DNA of 64,000 nt from a virus (Duplodnaviria; Caudoviricetes): positions 1-64,000 of IMG/VR virus record IMGVR_UViG_3300010167_001484; one strand, 5' to 3'. Of the stretch, positions 23,297-34,369 are shown piece after piece. Made by a program: the position numbers and the translations under genes. The notes beneath the pieces were generated by a model, which saw nothing but the letters and a program-made list of their open reading frames with translations, was not told where the DNA came from and ran no database searches. Positions within the stretch are counted from its first letter, which is position 1. Each line of letters starts with the position of its first letter.

Positions 23297-24361
23297 ATGG
23301 CAGATCAAGTAAACATTAACGTAATCAGCAATCTAAAGGTAATCAGAACTGGTAGTGTGCCGACAGCTACCACCTTACCAGTAGGTCATATGGCTTTTGG
23401 TAAGATTACAGAAACCGGAAAATATCATATTTTCGGTAACTCAGATGGTGTAATCAAAGATTACGTCATCGATCTTGTAGGTGGAACAGACTTGCAAGAT
23501 ATCCTTAACAATGGTAACATAGCAGATGGAAAATCTATAAGACTCACAGCAGATGAAGGTTTTGATGTCATAATGTCAGCAATAGACGGCTTCACTGACG
23601 ACGGTAAACCGGTTCTTTCTGCAAATTCTGAACGTACGATTGAAGCGAATGATGCATTGGTTATGCGTACAGCTCTAGGGGTTTATAGTAAAGATGAGAG
23701 TGATGCACTTCTATCAACAGTATTTATCTTCAAAGGTAAGGTAGCAGAAGTTACCGATCTTCCGGATGAAGATCAAAAAGTTGGTGATGCGTATCAGGTC
23801 GAGGCAGATGGTAAGATATATGCATGGACAGGTGATGATTGGGTATCTCTTGCAGCTATCATAGATCTCAGTGATTATTATACTATAGAAGAAATCGATG
23901 GTATGTTTGATGATGTCAAAGAAAAATTTGATGGTATTGAAACAGATATTGATGAGAAACTGGGAGAGCTTGAAACTGAGCTTAAAGGAGAGATTGAAGA
24001 TCTTGATACTAAGGTCACTAATCTAGATAGTGAAGTAACAACGGCTAAAGGTAAGATTACTACACTTGAAGGTAAAGTAGATACTCTCGAAGGTAAAGTT
24101 AGTACTCTAGAAGGTAAGGTTGAGACTCTTGAAACAACTTCTACAGATCATGAAGAAAGAATCACAGATTTAGAAACTAAAATTGGTAGTGAAATTGAAG
24201 ATATTGGCGAAGAGTTAGATAAACTCGATACCAAGATCGATACACTCGAAGCGAATGTTTACACAAAAGACAAAGTTTATACAAAACAAGAAGTAGATGA
24301 TTTGATTACTGGTGTGGAGAATATGATCCCAACAGTGACATTCATCATTGACGAAATTTAA
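23297..24361 (+). CDS. Putative fibre protein with coiled-coil heptads
   Basis: (TLEGKV)n heptads, VGDAY.V...G..Y.W.G..W domain, YTK.EVD repeats. Confidence 0.7.
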   Translation: MADQVNINVISNLKVIRTGSVPTATTLPVGHMAFGKITETGKYHIFGNSDGVIKDYVIDLVGGTDLQDILNNGNIADGKSIRLTADEGFDVIMSAIDGFTDDGKPVLSANSERTIEANDALVMRTALGVYSKDESDALLSTVFIFKGKVAEVTDLPDEDQKVGDAYQVEADGKIYAWTGDDWVSLAAIIDLSDYYTIEEIDGMFDDVKEKFDGIETDIDEKLGELETELKGEIEDLDTKVTNLDSEVTTAKGKITTLEGKVDTLEGKVSTLEGKVETLETTSTDHEERITDLETKIGSEIEDIGEELDKLDTKIDTLEANVYTKDKVYTKQEVDDLITGVENMIPTVTFIIDEI

Positions 24362-24384
24362 TCAATAATCATTAACCATATCTT

Positions 24385-24418
24385 GTGCTTGCCCTTGATA
24401 TTATATTGAGGGCAAGTG
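24385..24418 (+). terminator. Hairpin after the fibre gene (terminator or processing site)
   Basis: CTTGCCCTTGATAT/ATATTGAGGGCAAG inverted repeat; no T tract. Confidence 0.45.
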
Positions 24419-24447
24419 TAAGATATATTAGAAATTTGAGGGATGAT

Positions 24448-25896
24448 ATGATACCTAGAAGAAAGCGTAGAATTCAAATTCTAAGAGGTATAAACCTTGA
24501 AAATATTGAATTAGATTATGGAGAATTGGGTTTACATCTTAGTCCAGATGGATTAAGTTTGAAATTGTATGTAGGTCTACCTAATGGTGAAAAGGCTTGG
24601 ATAGGTTCTGATTTTGATTCAGAATTTTTTAAAGATATGATAACAAACGCATCATTAGGAACAGATATTTTATCTCGTCTAGAGAATGCTCTTCAAAGTG
24701 ATAAAGTAGGAAATGGTTTAAGTGCTATTGGTAAAGATGGAATCGAATTAGGTATGCCTACATCCATAACATCTTCATCTGTAAATAGTGTGATAGGTCA
24801 ATCTCATACACATTTACTTTCTAGTACTTCTGTAACTAATGCAAAACTTGCAAATGTACCTGCTAGTACTCTGAAAGGTGGAATTAGTGCAGGTAGTCCT
24901 GTGGATTTGACGGTACCGCAAATAAAGACAATGTTGAGTATTAGTAATGTACCTAACATAGATACAACTAATGCGAGCAATATAACATCAGGTACATTAG
25001 CTATATCTCGTATTGGTAATAGTACAATTACAGAAAATAAATTACATCCTGATTTAATTGATTTAATTATGACCGGAGGTTCTTCTTCGAGTGAAGTAGA
25101 TCCTACTGTAGCAGATTGGGCTAAGAAGCCTAATGCTAAACCATCTTATAGTGTATCTGAAATATCTGGTGCAGTATCTTCTACGGAATTAAATGAACTA
25201 AAATCAGAGTTCAATGAGATGGTAGTGTCTGCGGGAGGTATTCCCATTTGGGATACAGCTGAATCTTCGTTAGCATATGGTTCAACCTTAGTTAAGTTAC
25301 CTATTGACGAATTGGTTAATAATATTAAATTTGAAGATAAACAACTTACAGTTCAAAAATATAATGGAGATACTGAAGAATTCGATTTATCTACTATGTT
25401 AGGATTAGAATTCATCTCTTTATCAGAAGCTGTAGAAGACCGATATGAATTACCTACTTCAGGAATACCTTTAGATGATTTATCTGATACTGTTAAAAGT
25501 TTATTACCTCCAGAAGATGGTCAAAGACTTCAATATATGAGAAGAAACGATGATAATACTGCTGTAGAATGGGTAGATTTAACAGGTTCAGTTGGACATG
25601 ATATAGATATAAGAATTAGTGAAGAAAATGCTATAGAAGCTCATTGGAAAGCAGATTCAAATTTATTGATGAATGTTATAGATGAAGCTGTTCAATTTAT
25701 ATTTTCTATGTATCTTGTATCTCAAGAAGTTGCAGAAGAGGGTATAGATGAAGATTCTGCATCTTGGTCAGCTGAAAGAGTAAGACAAGCTATATTAGCT
25801 GTAACAGGTGGAAAGATAACACATAGTAATGCAGCACCTACAGCAACTGTACCTGCTGGTGCCGTTGATGGTGATATTCATATTCAATGGTTTTAA
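24448..25896 (+). CDS. Putative tail-fibre-like protein
   Basis: RIQILRG..GELG N-terminus, SHTH, SVTNAKLA, E.DPTV..WAK, GDI..Q motifs; start corrected to MIPRRK. Confidence 0.65.
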   Translation: MIPRRKRRIQILRGINLENIELDYGELGLHLSPDGLSLKLYVGLPNGEKAWIGSDFDSEFFKDMITNASLGTDILSRLENALQSDKVGNGLSAIGKDGIELGMPTSITSSSVNSVIGQSHTHLLSSTSVTNAKLANVPASTLKGGISAGSPVDLTVPQIKTMLSISNVPNIDTTNASNITSGTLAISRIGNSTITENKLHPDLIDLIMTGGSSSSEVDPTVADWAKKPNAKPSYSVSEISGAVSSTELNELKSEFNEMVVSAGGIPIWDTAESSLAYGSTLVKLPIDELVNNIKFEDKQLTVQKYNGDTEEFDLSTMLGLEFISLSEAVEDRYELPTSGIPLDDLSDTVKSLLPPEDGQRLQYMRRNDDNTAVEWVDLTGSVGHDIDIRISEENAIEAHWKADSNLLMNVIDEAVQFIFSMYLVSQEVAEEGIDEDSASWSAERVRQAILAVTGGKITHSNAAPTATVPAGAVDGDIHIQWF

Positions 25897-25927
25897 TTCT
25901 TAGTCGATGATAAGGAAAATATAATAT

Positions 25928-26983
25928 ATGTCATGGAATGTTGCTAGTTTCACATATACTGCTCCAGATTTATTATCTGGAAGTTGGAGTTATGTAGGAA
26001 GTGCTCCAATTGGTATAAATGTATTTATAGTTATTAGAGGCCCTTCTAGCGTATCTATTACTCCTCCTAATAGTACATCTGCTTCTGGTACATACACTAA
26101 TCTTAAAATAACGGACCTTCAAGGAAAAAATCCTTTATTACCTAATGCAACATATACAGCAGAATATGCTCAAACGATTACATATGAACCATTTGTTACT
26201 TCATTTAGTAGCCAAACTGCATTTACAACTGGATCATTATCTACACAAATCGAATTTTCATCACATAGTGTTGTAATTCCAACATTATTAACATCTATAC
26301 CTGTTAATTGGGCTACTAATATAGCTGCTACTAAAATAGAATCCCAAATAGAGGCTACAGGGGTTTGGCAAGATCATGGAAATCCATCTGCAACTTCCGG
26401 AACTATTTCTAGAACCACAGGTGTTACACCAGGATTATCAGGTAGAATTAGATTAAGATCTACAGGCAATACTGGTGGTGCAAGTACTAGAGAAAGTAGT
26501 TGGATGAATTTTACTGTACCTAATATAGGTACTATATCAGCTTCACCTGATTTTAATCTTGGTAATACACTAAATTCCGATACAAGTGTAGCTTCAATTA
26601 CAACAGTTACACCATCAATTACAAGTGCTGCATATAATCTAGAATTAAGAGTTGGTACTAATCTCATATTAACTAGAACAGGTATAGGTAACGCAGGTGT
26701 TAAAACTATAACTTTCACTAGAGCTGAGCAAGATGAATTATATAGACGTATGTTGAATAATGTTAATACAACAGTTATATGGAGATTAATAACTGTATCT
26801 GGTACTAACACATGGTCAAATGATAGGAATGCTACTGTTATAATAACAGGTAGTCAACCTACAGAAAATATTAGAACATCAGGAACTTGGAGAAGAGGGT
26901 TTGTTTGGATAAGAATTTCTAATACGTGGCGACGAGGTTTAATCTGGATTAGAAATAGCGGTAATTGGCGAAGAGGTATATAA
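25928..26983 (+). CDS. Putative virion protein, S/T-rich beta domains, C-terminal (IR.SGTWRRG)x3
   Basis: Composition and triple C-terminal repeat. Confidence 0.65.
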   Translation: MSWNVASFTYTAPDLLSGSWSYVGSAPIGINVFIVIRGPSSVSITPPNSTSASGTYTNLKITDLQGKNPLLPNATYTAEYAQTITYEPFVTSFSSQTAFTTGSLSTQIEFSSHSVVIPTLLTSIPVNWATNIAATKIESQIEATGVWQDHGNPSATSGTISRTTGVTPGLSGRIRLRSTGNTGGASTRESSWMNFTVPNIGTISASPDFNLGNTLNSDTSVASITTVTPSITSAAYNLELRVGTNLILTRTGIGNAGVKTITFTRAEQDELYRRMLNNVNTTVIWRLITVSGTNTWSNDRNATVIITGSQPTENIRTSGTWRRGFVWIRISNTWRRGLIWIRNSGNWRRGI

Positions 26984-26996
26984 GGAGTGATAATTC

Positions 26997-29105
26997 ATGC
27001 CTAGAAATATTGTAAATGAAGGTAGAGTAGTAGGTTATAGTACATATGAAGCTTATCTGAAACAGATTATATCTGAAGATCCTACAGCTATACCTGCAAC
27101 TGAAAAAGAGTGGCTTAATTCAATGATAAGTTACGGTTCTTCTATGTTATTACAAGTTGGTACAGATACTATTGAAGGGCCTCATTATCGTGATATCGCC
27201 TTTCCACCTAATACAAGTTTGGTTGCAGCTAATACAATATTTGGTGAATATTTTGGTGGAATAGGTAGAATATTAGAAACTGCAACATGTAATCCTGCTA
27301 GTGTTGATACTGCTTGGTGTACAGAAGTAATAGATTATGGACCCCTTATTCATAACGTAGATACTCCCTTACCAGATGGAGTTGTAGGACCTAATATAAA
27401 TGAACATCCAATAGATGCCCCTATAACTCATGATGTAGATACAAGGACAACCGATAGATTTTCTGATGAAATATTAGATGGTTTGAAAGAGTATATCAAG
27501 ATAGTAGATGGTATAATAATTCAACCAGGTGAATGGGATAATGTATCTATACCTGATAGTAAATTACATGATCCAGATTTCACCACTGATGCACCTTCGT
27601 TTGAGAATAATCAATATCCTAGATTGAGAGTATTACTTTCTGATAAAATAAGAAATCCATTTTATGTGCTTCTAACAGGATTTACAAGTAAATCTATAAT
27701 AAATGGATTAACTGCTACAAAATCAACAGGAATAATACATGATAGACCTCATCAAGACGGTGCTTTCATAGGACCAGGTCATTGGCCTTGGTCTGCTAAA
27801 GTAGTATTTACTGTACCTAATTCTTATGTTAATTTCATAATGAGTAATAACTATCGTCGTAAACTTAGACCTCAATATAATCCAGGTGTACCTTCGGATA
27901 CAGCAAATCTTCCTAGATTAGTACCTGATGAGCCTGAGAAGCAGTATGTTAAAACTAATCCAGTAATAGATATGGATAATAGTAATCCTAGTGACTACTA
28001 TACAAGGATTAAAAGTGGTGCTAACACTTCTATGGTAAAGCTTCAAGTAGAAGATGTTATAGATACTGGAGGTGGTTTAGCAGTATTGACTACATATCAA
28101 AGTGATGAATTATTGCCTTCCGCCTTATTTGGAACAAAGGTAATTGAACCTGGTGTAATTTCTAATCAATTACTTAATCCTATTGATATAGTAGCGCCAG
28201 GTACACTTAAATTATTTCATGGAGATATAGAAGCAATAAATGGAGATATTGACCAACCTATAGAGAAAGCTAGAGCGTTGGAAACTATACCTCAGAATAT
28301 AGCAGCTATGAGGCGTTCAAGTAATTATACATGGCATCAATTAGGACCAGATGGAGCTCCAAGAGCATCTATACCTGTAGCAGAAACATATATCCAAGCT
28401 TCCCCTGTACCAGGTGTAGGAGCTACATGGGATAGTTTTACTGCTCCTATAGCTCGTCCTGATATTGTTCAACTTAAGACCGGAAAACAATCTAGACGAA
28501 TGCTATCTATGGAAGGTAGTGATGGTAAGTTATATAATACATCTGGTATGACTTCCGGAACAGCTGTTAGAGGTAGATTAAATGTTTCAGGTAGAGGTGA
28601 GGTACTTACTAATAATATCAGAGGTATAGATGATAATCTAAGTTGGGACCATCTTCTAGTAGCTTTATCTAATAATCAGAAGATTGATATAGTGGGAGAT
28701 GAATTAAAAACTTTAAGAAATAATTTACCAAACATAATTACAAGAGGATATTTACAAATAAATGGTAATTCTCCTACGGATGTAGGTAGTGGTATGAATA
28801 ATCCTGTCAATGGACTTACTTACAATTATATACGAGGAAATACAACTATAGGTGATGGTAGTGGTAAAACTACAACTATAAATTCCAACTTAATTGTACA
28901 ACATCCTGCTAGACTAAATAGTACATTAACTGTAGTAGGTCATTCAAATGTAAGTACAATAACAAGTAGTGGTTTAACAAGAGGAGCAAATATAACCGTT
29001 GATACAAATTATATCACATTTGGTGGAATTCGATTATATATTTCAGGTTCTCAACCAGGTATATTGGGTGTACCTCCGGGTTCTATTGGAATAGGTTGGG
29101 GATAA
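26997..29105 (+). CDS. Putative virion/tail protein
   Basis: GRVVG.S.YE N-terminus, RLYIS..QP....P.GSIGIGW C-terminus; structural block. Confidence 0.65.
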   Translation: MPRNIVNEGRVVGYSTYEAYLKQIISEDPTAIPATEKEWLNSMISYGSSMLLQVGTDTIEGPHYRDIAFPPNTSLVAANTIFGEYFGGIGRILETATCNPASVDTAWCTEVIDYGPLIHNVDTPLPDGVVGPNINEHPIDAPITHDVDTRTTDRFSDEILDGLKEYIKIVDGIIIQPGEWDNVSIPDSKLHDPDFTTDAPSFENNQYPRLRVLLSDKIRNPFYVLLTGFTSKSIINGLTATKSTGIIHDRPHQDGAFIGPGHWPWSAKVVFTVPNSYVNFIMSNNYRRKLRPQYNPGVPSDTANLPRLVPDEPEKQYVKTNPVIDMDNSNPSDYYTRIKSGANTSMVKLQVEDVIDTGGGLAVLTTYQSDELLPSALFGTKVIEPGVISNQLLNPIDIVAPGTLKLFHGDIEAINGDIDQPIEKARALETIPQNIAAMRRSSNYTWHQLGPDGAPRASIPVAETYIQASPVPGVGATWDSFTAPIARPDIVQLKTGKQSRRMLSMEGSDGKLYNTSGMTSGTAVRGRLNVSGRGEVLTNNIRGIDDNLSWDHLLVALSNNQKIDIVGDELKTLRNNLPNIITRGYLQINGNSPTDVGSGMNNPVNGLTYNYIRGNTTIGDGSGKTTTINSNLIVQHPARLNSTLTVVGHSNVSTITSSGLTRGANITVDTNYITFGGIRLYISGSQPGILGVPPGSIGIGWG

Positions 29106-29148
29106 ATTAAATTTGATGTAATTTTTGAAGTCTTAGGAGATAGTAGTT

Positions 29149-31164
29149 ATGCCCGCAATTAATCTTCATGAAACTGGTTTAGATTGTTTTGTGTCTGTAA
29201 ATTATACTCGAAATGGTAATTATATAAGTATAAATAGCCTTACAGGACATACTCCTAGTGGTAGTACTCATACAGGTTTTAATCCAGGTGTTTCTTGTTT
29301 ATCTATAGATGTAGCGGGTCAAAGAGCCGCTTATTATGCTGGATTGGCTTGTTCTTCAACACAAACAGGTGTAGGAGGAAAAACTACTCCTTATATGAGA
29401 TTTGCTGTGGGAGGTCATATATGGAGAATCGGTAATTACAATACTGGTACTGTGATAAATCCTGGTCAAGTTAGTTATGCTGTAGGTACTGGTAATGTAA
29501 CTATTAGTGTTGGATTTCATCTAGTTGATATAGCACAAAATCATTGGAATGCATGGCAGAGAGGTGTAGGTAAATCTTCTATTTATAGAGGTACAATACC
29601 AACTGAAATTCCTCCAGAGCCTCCATTACATTCAACTACAATTTCAATTAATTCAATGGATTATTTTGGTGTAACATTAAATTGGTCTACAGGGAATACC
29701 GCTGTATCTTCTTTTCAATATCAATTCAGTACAAATGGTACAACATGGAGTAATTGGAGAAATTCATCATCTTCTTCATCTATACATACTACATCTGGTT
29801 GGGCAACATTTGGAGGCCTAAATCATAGTACATCATATTATTTCAAGATGATATCTCAAGAAAGTGCTTCAACATGGGGTAGTAGATGGTCTTTAGATAG
29901 TAATATAGTGTCAGGTATTACTCCTGTGTATCGTACAGAATTTGATGTAGTATATCATGGTAATGGTGCTGGAATAGAGGGTGGAGATGGTGCACCTATG
30001 GGAGCACAATTAAATATATTTCCATCTCAAATTAAGAAGAGAGATCAAGTTCTTAAATTACATCCTTATATACCTGATCGTACATCATTTACATTTAATG
30101 GTTGGAATACACAGGTAGATGGTAAAGGTATTACATATCAAGCTAGTGCAAATATCCCTGCAAATGTTAATCAAGATTTAATACTTTATGCTCAATGGAA
30201 ATCTGCAACTTATACTGTTATATTTATGGATAGAGGTGTAGAACTTAAGAAACAATTAGTAAGTTATGGAGCTGATGCATCTCCTCCTCCAATTCCTAGT
30301 AGAGGTGCAGCTATACCTTTTATGGGGTGGTCAGGTTCTTATATTACTGTGACAAGTAATCGTACAATAACTGCTATATGGGATGTGTATCCTATTTGGA
30401 TTAAACGGGATGGGCCGGAACGATGGGAACCTTATGAGATACGGGAAGCTGGAGATAGTAGTACACAAGTAAGTCAAGGTTCTTGGGGTTTGATATATAG
30501 AGTAAGTGATGGTATTGCTATAGACCCTCAAACTGCTACATGGTTTCTTAAATCTTGGTGGGATAGTGATGGAGGAGGTCTTCGTAGAACCTTCCAAAAT
30601 CCTTTGAATGTTGCTGTTAAAGTTACAAGTATATCATTTCATCTAGCTTCTATGAATTCAGGAGGTCAACAATTCACATCTAGTGCCGTTGTAGGTACAG
30701 CAGGACCTGTAGGGGGAATAGCTTATAATTTTTATGTTGAATGTAGATCAAGTTCTGGTCAAGTTAGGAATTCATCACATTATGTACCTGGAGTATCTAC
30801 TAATTGTTCCTATAATGGTAGAGCTGGTGCAGTTCATACAGGTCAGAGACCTCCTCAAACTGCATTTGGACTTCCAAGCATTTGGGGGGCAAATGATTCT
30901 CGTTCTAGAAAACCTTATGTTTTCAATTTCCCTGATGCTCCTGAGATTCCCCCAAAGGGAACTTGTAGATTTACTTTGACAGTTGGTTGGATTGGTTCAG
31001 GTAACACCGGTGTAACTTTACATTGGAATGATGCTGCTACCTCTACAACAAGTATAGAAGTAATCAATACAGATTATATATGGAGATTTGATGGATCAGA
31101 ATGGAAGAGAAATAGAATAGCTTATCAATTAACAAATGGGGTTTGGCGTAAATTAGAACCTTAG
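29149..31164 (+). CDS. Putative tail/adhesin protein with FN3-like and InlB B-repeat domains
   Basis: GL..ST.Y.F; V.YHGNG...F.GWNT..DG.G.TY...L.LYAQW. Confidence 0.7.
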   Translation: MPAINLHETGLDCFVSVNYTRNGNYISINSLTGHTPSGSTHTGFNPGVSCLSIDVAGQRAAYYAGLACSSTQTGVGGKTTPYMRFAVGGHIWRIGNYNTGTVINPGQVSYAVGTGNVTISVGFHLVDIAQNHWNAWQRGVGKSSIYRGTIPTEIPPEPPLHSTTISINSMDYFGVTLNWSTGNTAVSSFQYQFSTNGTTWSNWRNSSSSSSIHTTSGWATFGGLNHSTSYYFKMISQESASTWGSRWSLDSNIVSGITPVYRTEFDVVYHGNGAGIEGGDGAPMGAQLNIFPSQIKKRDQVLKLHPYIPDRTSFTFNGWNTQVDGKGITYQASANIPANVNQDLILYAQWKSATYTVIFMDRGVELKKQLVSYGADASPPPIPSRGAAIPFMGWSGSYITVTSNRTITAIWDVYPIWIKRDGPERWEPYEIREAGDSSTQVSQGSWGLIYRVSDGIAIDPQTATWFLKSWWDSDGGGLRRTFQNPLNVAVKVTSISFHLASMNSGGQQFTSSAVVGTAGPVGGIAYNFYVECRSSSGQVRNSSHYVPGVSTNCSYNGRAGAVHTGQRPPQTAFGLPSIWGANDSRSRKPYVFNFPDAPEIPPKGTCRFTLTVGWIGSGNTGVTLHWNDAATSTTSIEVINTDYIWRFDGSEWKRNRIAYQLTNGVWRKLEP

Positions 31165-31178
31165 AAAGATATTTAATT

Positions 31179-31586
31179 ATGAAGATACTATGTCATGATA
31201 GCTTTGGTAATCCACAAGCAAATCAACAAGTTAACCGTGTAGGTAAATATCTATATAAGAATATAGATGGAGCATTAGAATATAAGATTTCTCCAAATAT
31301 ATTTAATATGTGGTTTACACTTTTATATGAAGTTCCGAATATGGGACCAAAATATAAAAGAGTTGATGATGACTTACATGAGATGGTTATCAATATCGGT
31401 ATAACTACTTATCAAAATAAGATAAGAGTTAATGTGATAGAAGAAACACCGAATGAACGAACTATAGGTCATGATGTATACAAACCTGAAGAAATGATCA
31501 ATCTAGCAGAAGCTAGTGATAAAATTTTCGATAGAGTAGTACAGCGAGTCTCAAGAGCTTATAAAGATTATGATTTTGTATTTTAA
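31179..31586 (+). CDS. Hypothetical protein
   Basis: ORF in structural block. Confidence 0.7.
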   Translation: MKILCHDSFGNPQANQQVNRVGKYLYKNIDGALEYKISPNIFNMWFTLLYEVPNMGPKYKRVDDDLHEMVINIGITTYQNKIRVNVIEETPNERTIGHDVYKPEEMINLAEASDKIFDRVVQRVSRAYKDYDFVF

Positions 31587-31607
31587 ATTAGAAAGGGTTA
31601 TATAAAA

Positions 31608-33212
31608 ATGAAAGAATTAAAAGTATACTGTAAGCACAAATTTACTTCTAATCAAACTTACCTAGTCACGTTACCTCTAGACTTAGATGCATGGGAAGAA
31701 AATGGTTCAGAATTTTTACAAGAAATCGAAGTACCTGAACTTGATACATTGAATTTCCATGCGAAAGCTCTCCCTGGAATCAATTTAGCTGTAGGCGTTT
31801 GGTTCATTGAAGAGGATTTGATTTGCACACCTATAGTGGCTAATGAAGGTGATAGGGAAGTTATTGAAGAAGCGTTTGAAAACATAACAAAAGTTGAATC
31901 TGTACCTGAAGAACCTGAGGTAGAGTTACCTGATGGATTCTTGAAGATTATATTAGATGATAATAGTGTAGTATACGCTGAAACCTCTACGGATGTTACA
32001 GCGTGTTGTACAACAGGAGCAGCAACTGCAAATCTAACAGTCAATGGTACTACATTCACTAAAGATCAAATAATAAGTGTAGAATTTGGGAAAGATTGGA
32101 ATATAACTACAGTACCAAGTAATTTCTTTAGAAATTGTACTAATTTAATTTCATTATCTAAAATACCTAGTATGATTACTAATATGGGACCGAGTTTCCT
32201 ATACGGTTGTACCTCATTCAATCAACTTATTGTTATACCTAAAGATGTAACTGGTACCAATTGTCTCAGAGGTTTATTACAAGGTTGTACTTTATTCAAT
32301 CAACCTATTGTTATACCTGAAGGGGTTACCGGTAGTTGGTCTCTTGACAGTTTCTTGTATGGTTGTACTTCATTCAATCATCCTATAACTATACCAAATG
32401 GAGTAACAGGTCTTGCATGTCTTTCGAATTTTCTAAGAGGTTGTACCTCATTCAATCAACCTATAACTATACCTAATGGAGTAACAGGAGAGGGATGTCT
32501 TCAGAATTTTCTATATGGTTGTACCTCATTCAATCAACCTATTACAATTCCTGAAGGAGTAACTGGGAACATTTGTCTTAGTAATTTCCTTCAAAATTGT
32601 ACCTCATTTAATCAACCTATAATTATACCTAGTGGAGTAAAGGGTAATAATTGTCTTCAGAATTTTCTATATGGTTGTACCTCATTTAATCAACCTATAA
32701 TTATACCTAGTGGTGTGAATGGTAATAGTTGTCTCAGTAATTTCCTTAGTCGTTGTACATCTCTTAATTCATCTATTACTATACCTAGTAATGTAACTGG
32801 TGAGTATTGTCTTAGTAATTTCCTTGATGGTTGTACCTCATTCAATCAACCTATCACAATACCTGAAGGAGTAGTAGGAGAAGGTTGTCTTAATAGTTTC
32901 CTTACGGGTTGTACTTCATTTAATCAACCCATAACTATATCTGAAGGGTTAAGAGGTTATAGAGTTATTAATCATTTTCTCTACAATTGTCATAATTATA
33001 CAAATATTATAACTGTATTTCCTGATATATTAAATATCGATACTGTGAATGTATCCGATAATACATTATCTACAAATTCTAATACAGCTCCAATGTATGT
33101 AGAAGGGGTTAAAATAGCTGGATTAGATGCAACCCAATTTGCAGCATTACAATCAAAGTTTCAACTATACAATAGGACTACATCTCCATTTAGAAAACTA
33201 GTAAGAGTGTAA
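31608..33212 (+). CDS. BspA/DUF285-like leucine-rich-repeat protein
   Basis: About ten 26-aa repeats FL.GCTSFNQPITIP.GV.G..CL.N. Confidence 0.85.
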   Translation: MKELKVYCKHKFTSNQTYLVTLPLDLDAWEENGSEFLQEIEVPELDTLNFHAKALPGINLAVGVWFIEEDLICTPIVANEGDREVIEEAFENITKVESVPEEPEVELPDGFLKIILDDNSVVYAETSTDVTACCTTGAATANLTVNGTTFTKDQIISVEFGKDWNITTVPSNFFRNCTNLISLSKIPSMITNMGPSFLYGCTSFNQLIVIPKDVTGTNCLRGLLQGCTLFNQPIVIPEGVTGSWSLDSFLYGCTSFNHPITIPNGVTGLACLSNFLRGCTSFNQPITIPNGVTGEGCLQNFLYGCTSFNQPITIPEGVTGNICLSNFLQNCTSFNQPIIIPSGVKGNNCLQNFLYGCTSFNQPIIIPSGVNGNSCLSNFLSRCTSLNSSITIPSNVTGEYCLSNFLDGCTSFNQPITIPEGVVGEGCLNSFLTGCTSFNQPITISEGLRGYRVINHFLYNCHNYTNIITVFPDILNIDTVNVSDNTLSTNSNTAPMYVEGVKIAGLDATQFAALQSKFQLYNRTTSPFRKLVRV

Positions 33213-33225
33213 GGAAGCATGTAAA

Positions 33226-34287
33226 ATGAAAGAATTAAAAGTATATTGTAAACATAGATTTGAGTCAGGAAAACATTATCTTGTAACTGTTGATTTAGGG
33301 ATAGATGAATGGCAAGAAAGTGGTACAGAATATTTACAAGAAATTGAAGTACCTGAAATCGATAAATTGAGATTTCATGCTAATGCTATACCTATTATAA
33401 ATCTAGCTGTAGCTGTGTGGTTATTTGATGGTGATTTAGTGTGTAAACCTATAGGTGATAGTGAGGAAATTCAAGAAGCGTTCGATTTGATAATAAGTGT
33501 TCAAATTGTAGAAACTGAACCAATAGTTTCTGAAGTGATATGGTTAACATTGAAATTATATGATAACACTACTGTGAAAATTAAATCATCTGCAGATATG
33601 TCAAAATGTTGTACGTATGCTCCTTCTAATACTAATATCACTATTGAAGATATCACATTCAAGAAAAGTGATGTAATATCGGCAGAATTTGGTAATTATT
33701 GGGATTCTAAACCTGAGGTGAACGCAATTTATCCTTATGAAGAACTTCGTGATTTCTTAACTAATTTTTCTAATCTTGTATCCTTATCTCCTATACCTGA
33801 TAAGATTAGGTCTTTATCTTCAAGTTTCTTATCAGGATGTATTTCATTCAATCAAATTATAACATTTCCTGTTCCTGTAGTGGGTGAAAGGTTTCAAATT
33901 GGAAATGATTTTTTATCGGGATGTACTTCATTTAATAAACCTTTACAATTCCCGGAGAATGTACATATGCATCTAATGGGGTTCATGTTTAATTGTAATA
34001 GTTTTACTGGACCTCTTGTAGTACCTCTTAATTTTCCTGTTTATATACAGAATACTATAGAAGATATACAGGCTGCAAATATAGATAGAGATACACCTCC
34101 GGAATGGATTACTAATTCAATTTTATCAACAACTGATTCTAATGCTTCAATGTATGTTAATGGAGTAGATATCAAAATTTCAGATGAATATGATTTTGTA
34201 TTTATCAATAATTTTAAAAGTGGATTAATACCTCTACTTCCAAATCTACATACAGGAATATATAGAAAATTAAATGGTTTAGATTAG
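33226..34287 (+). CDS. Paralogue of the preceding LRR protein with fewer repeats
   Basis: Shared MKELKVYCKH.F N-terminus and FLSGC.SFN repeats. Confidence 0.8.
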   Translation: MKELKVYCKHRFESGKHYLVTVDLGIDEWQESGTEYLQEIEVPEIDKLRFHANAIPIINLAVAVWLFDGDLVCKPIGDSEEIQEAFDLIISVQIVETEPIVSEVIWLTLKLYDNTTVKIKSSADMSKCCTYAPSNTNITIEDITFKKSDVISAEFGNYWDSKPEVNAIYPYEELRDFLTNFSNLVSLSPIPDKIRSLSSSFLSGCISFNQIITFPVPVVGERFQIGNDFLSGCTSFNKPLQFPENVHMHLMGFMFNCNSFTGPLVVPLNFPVYIQNTIEDIQAANIDRDTPPEWITNSILSTTDSNASMYVNGVDIKISDEYDFVFINNFKSGLIPLLPNLHTGIYRKLNGLD

Positions 34288-34369
34288 TAAGGATGTAGAT
34301 TATATCCTAATATGAACCTTTGATAATTAAGGTAAGTAATAATATGACCTTAGGGAGGGAATTATACAT

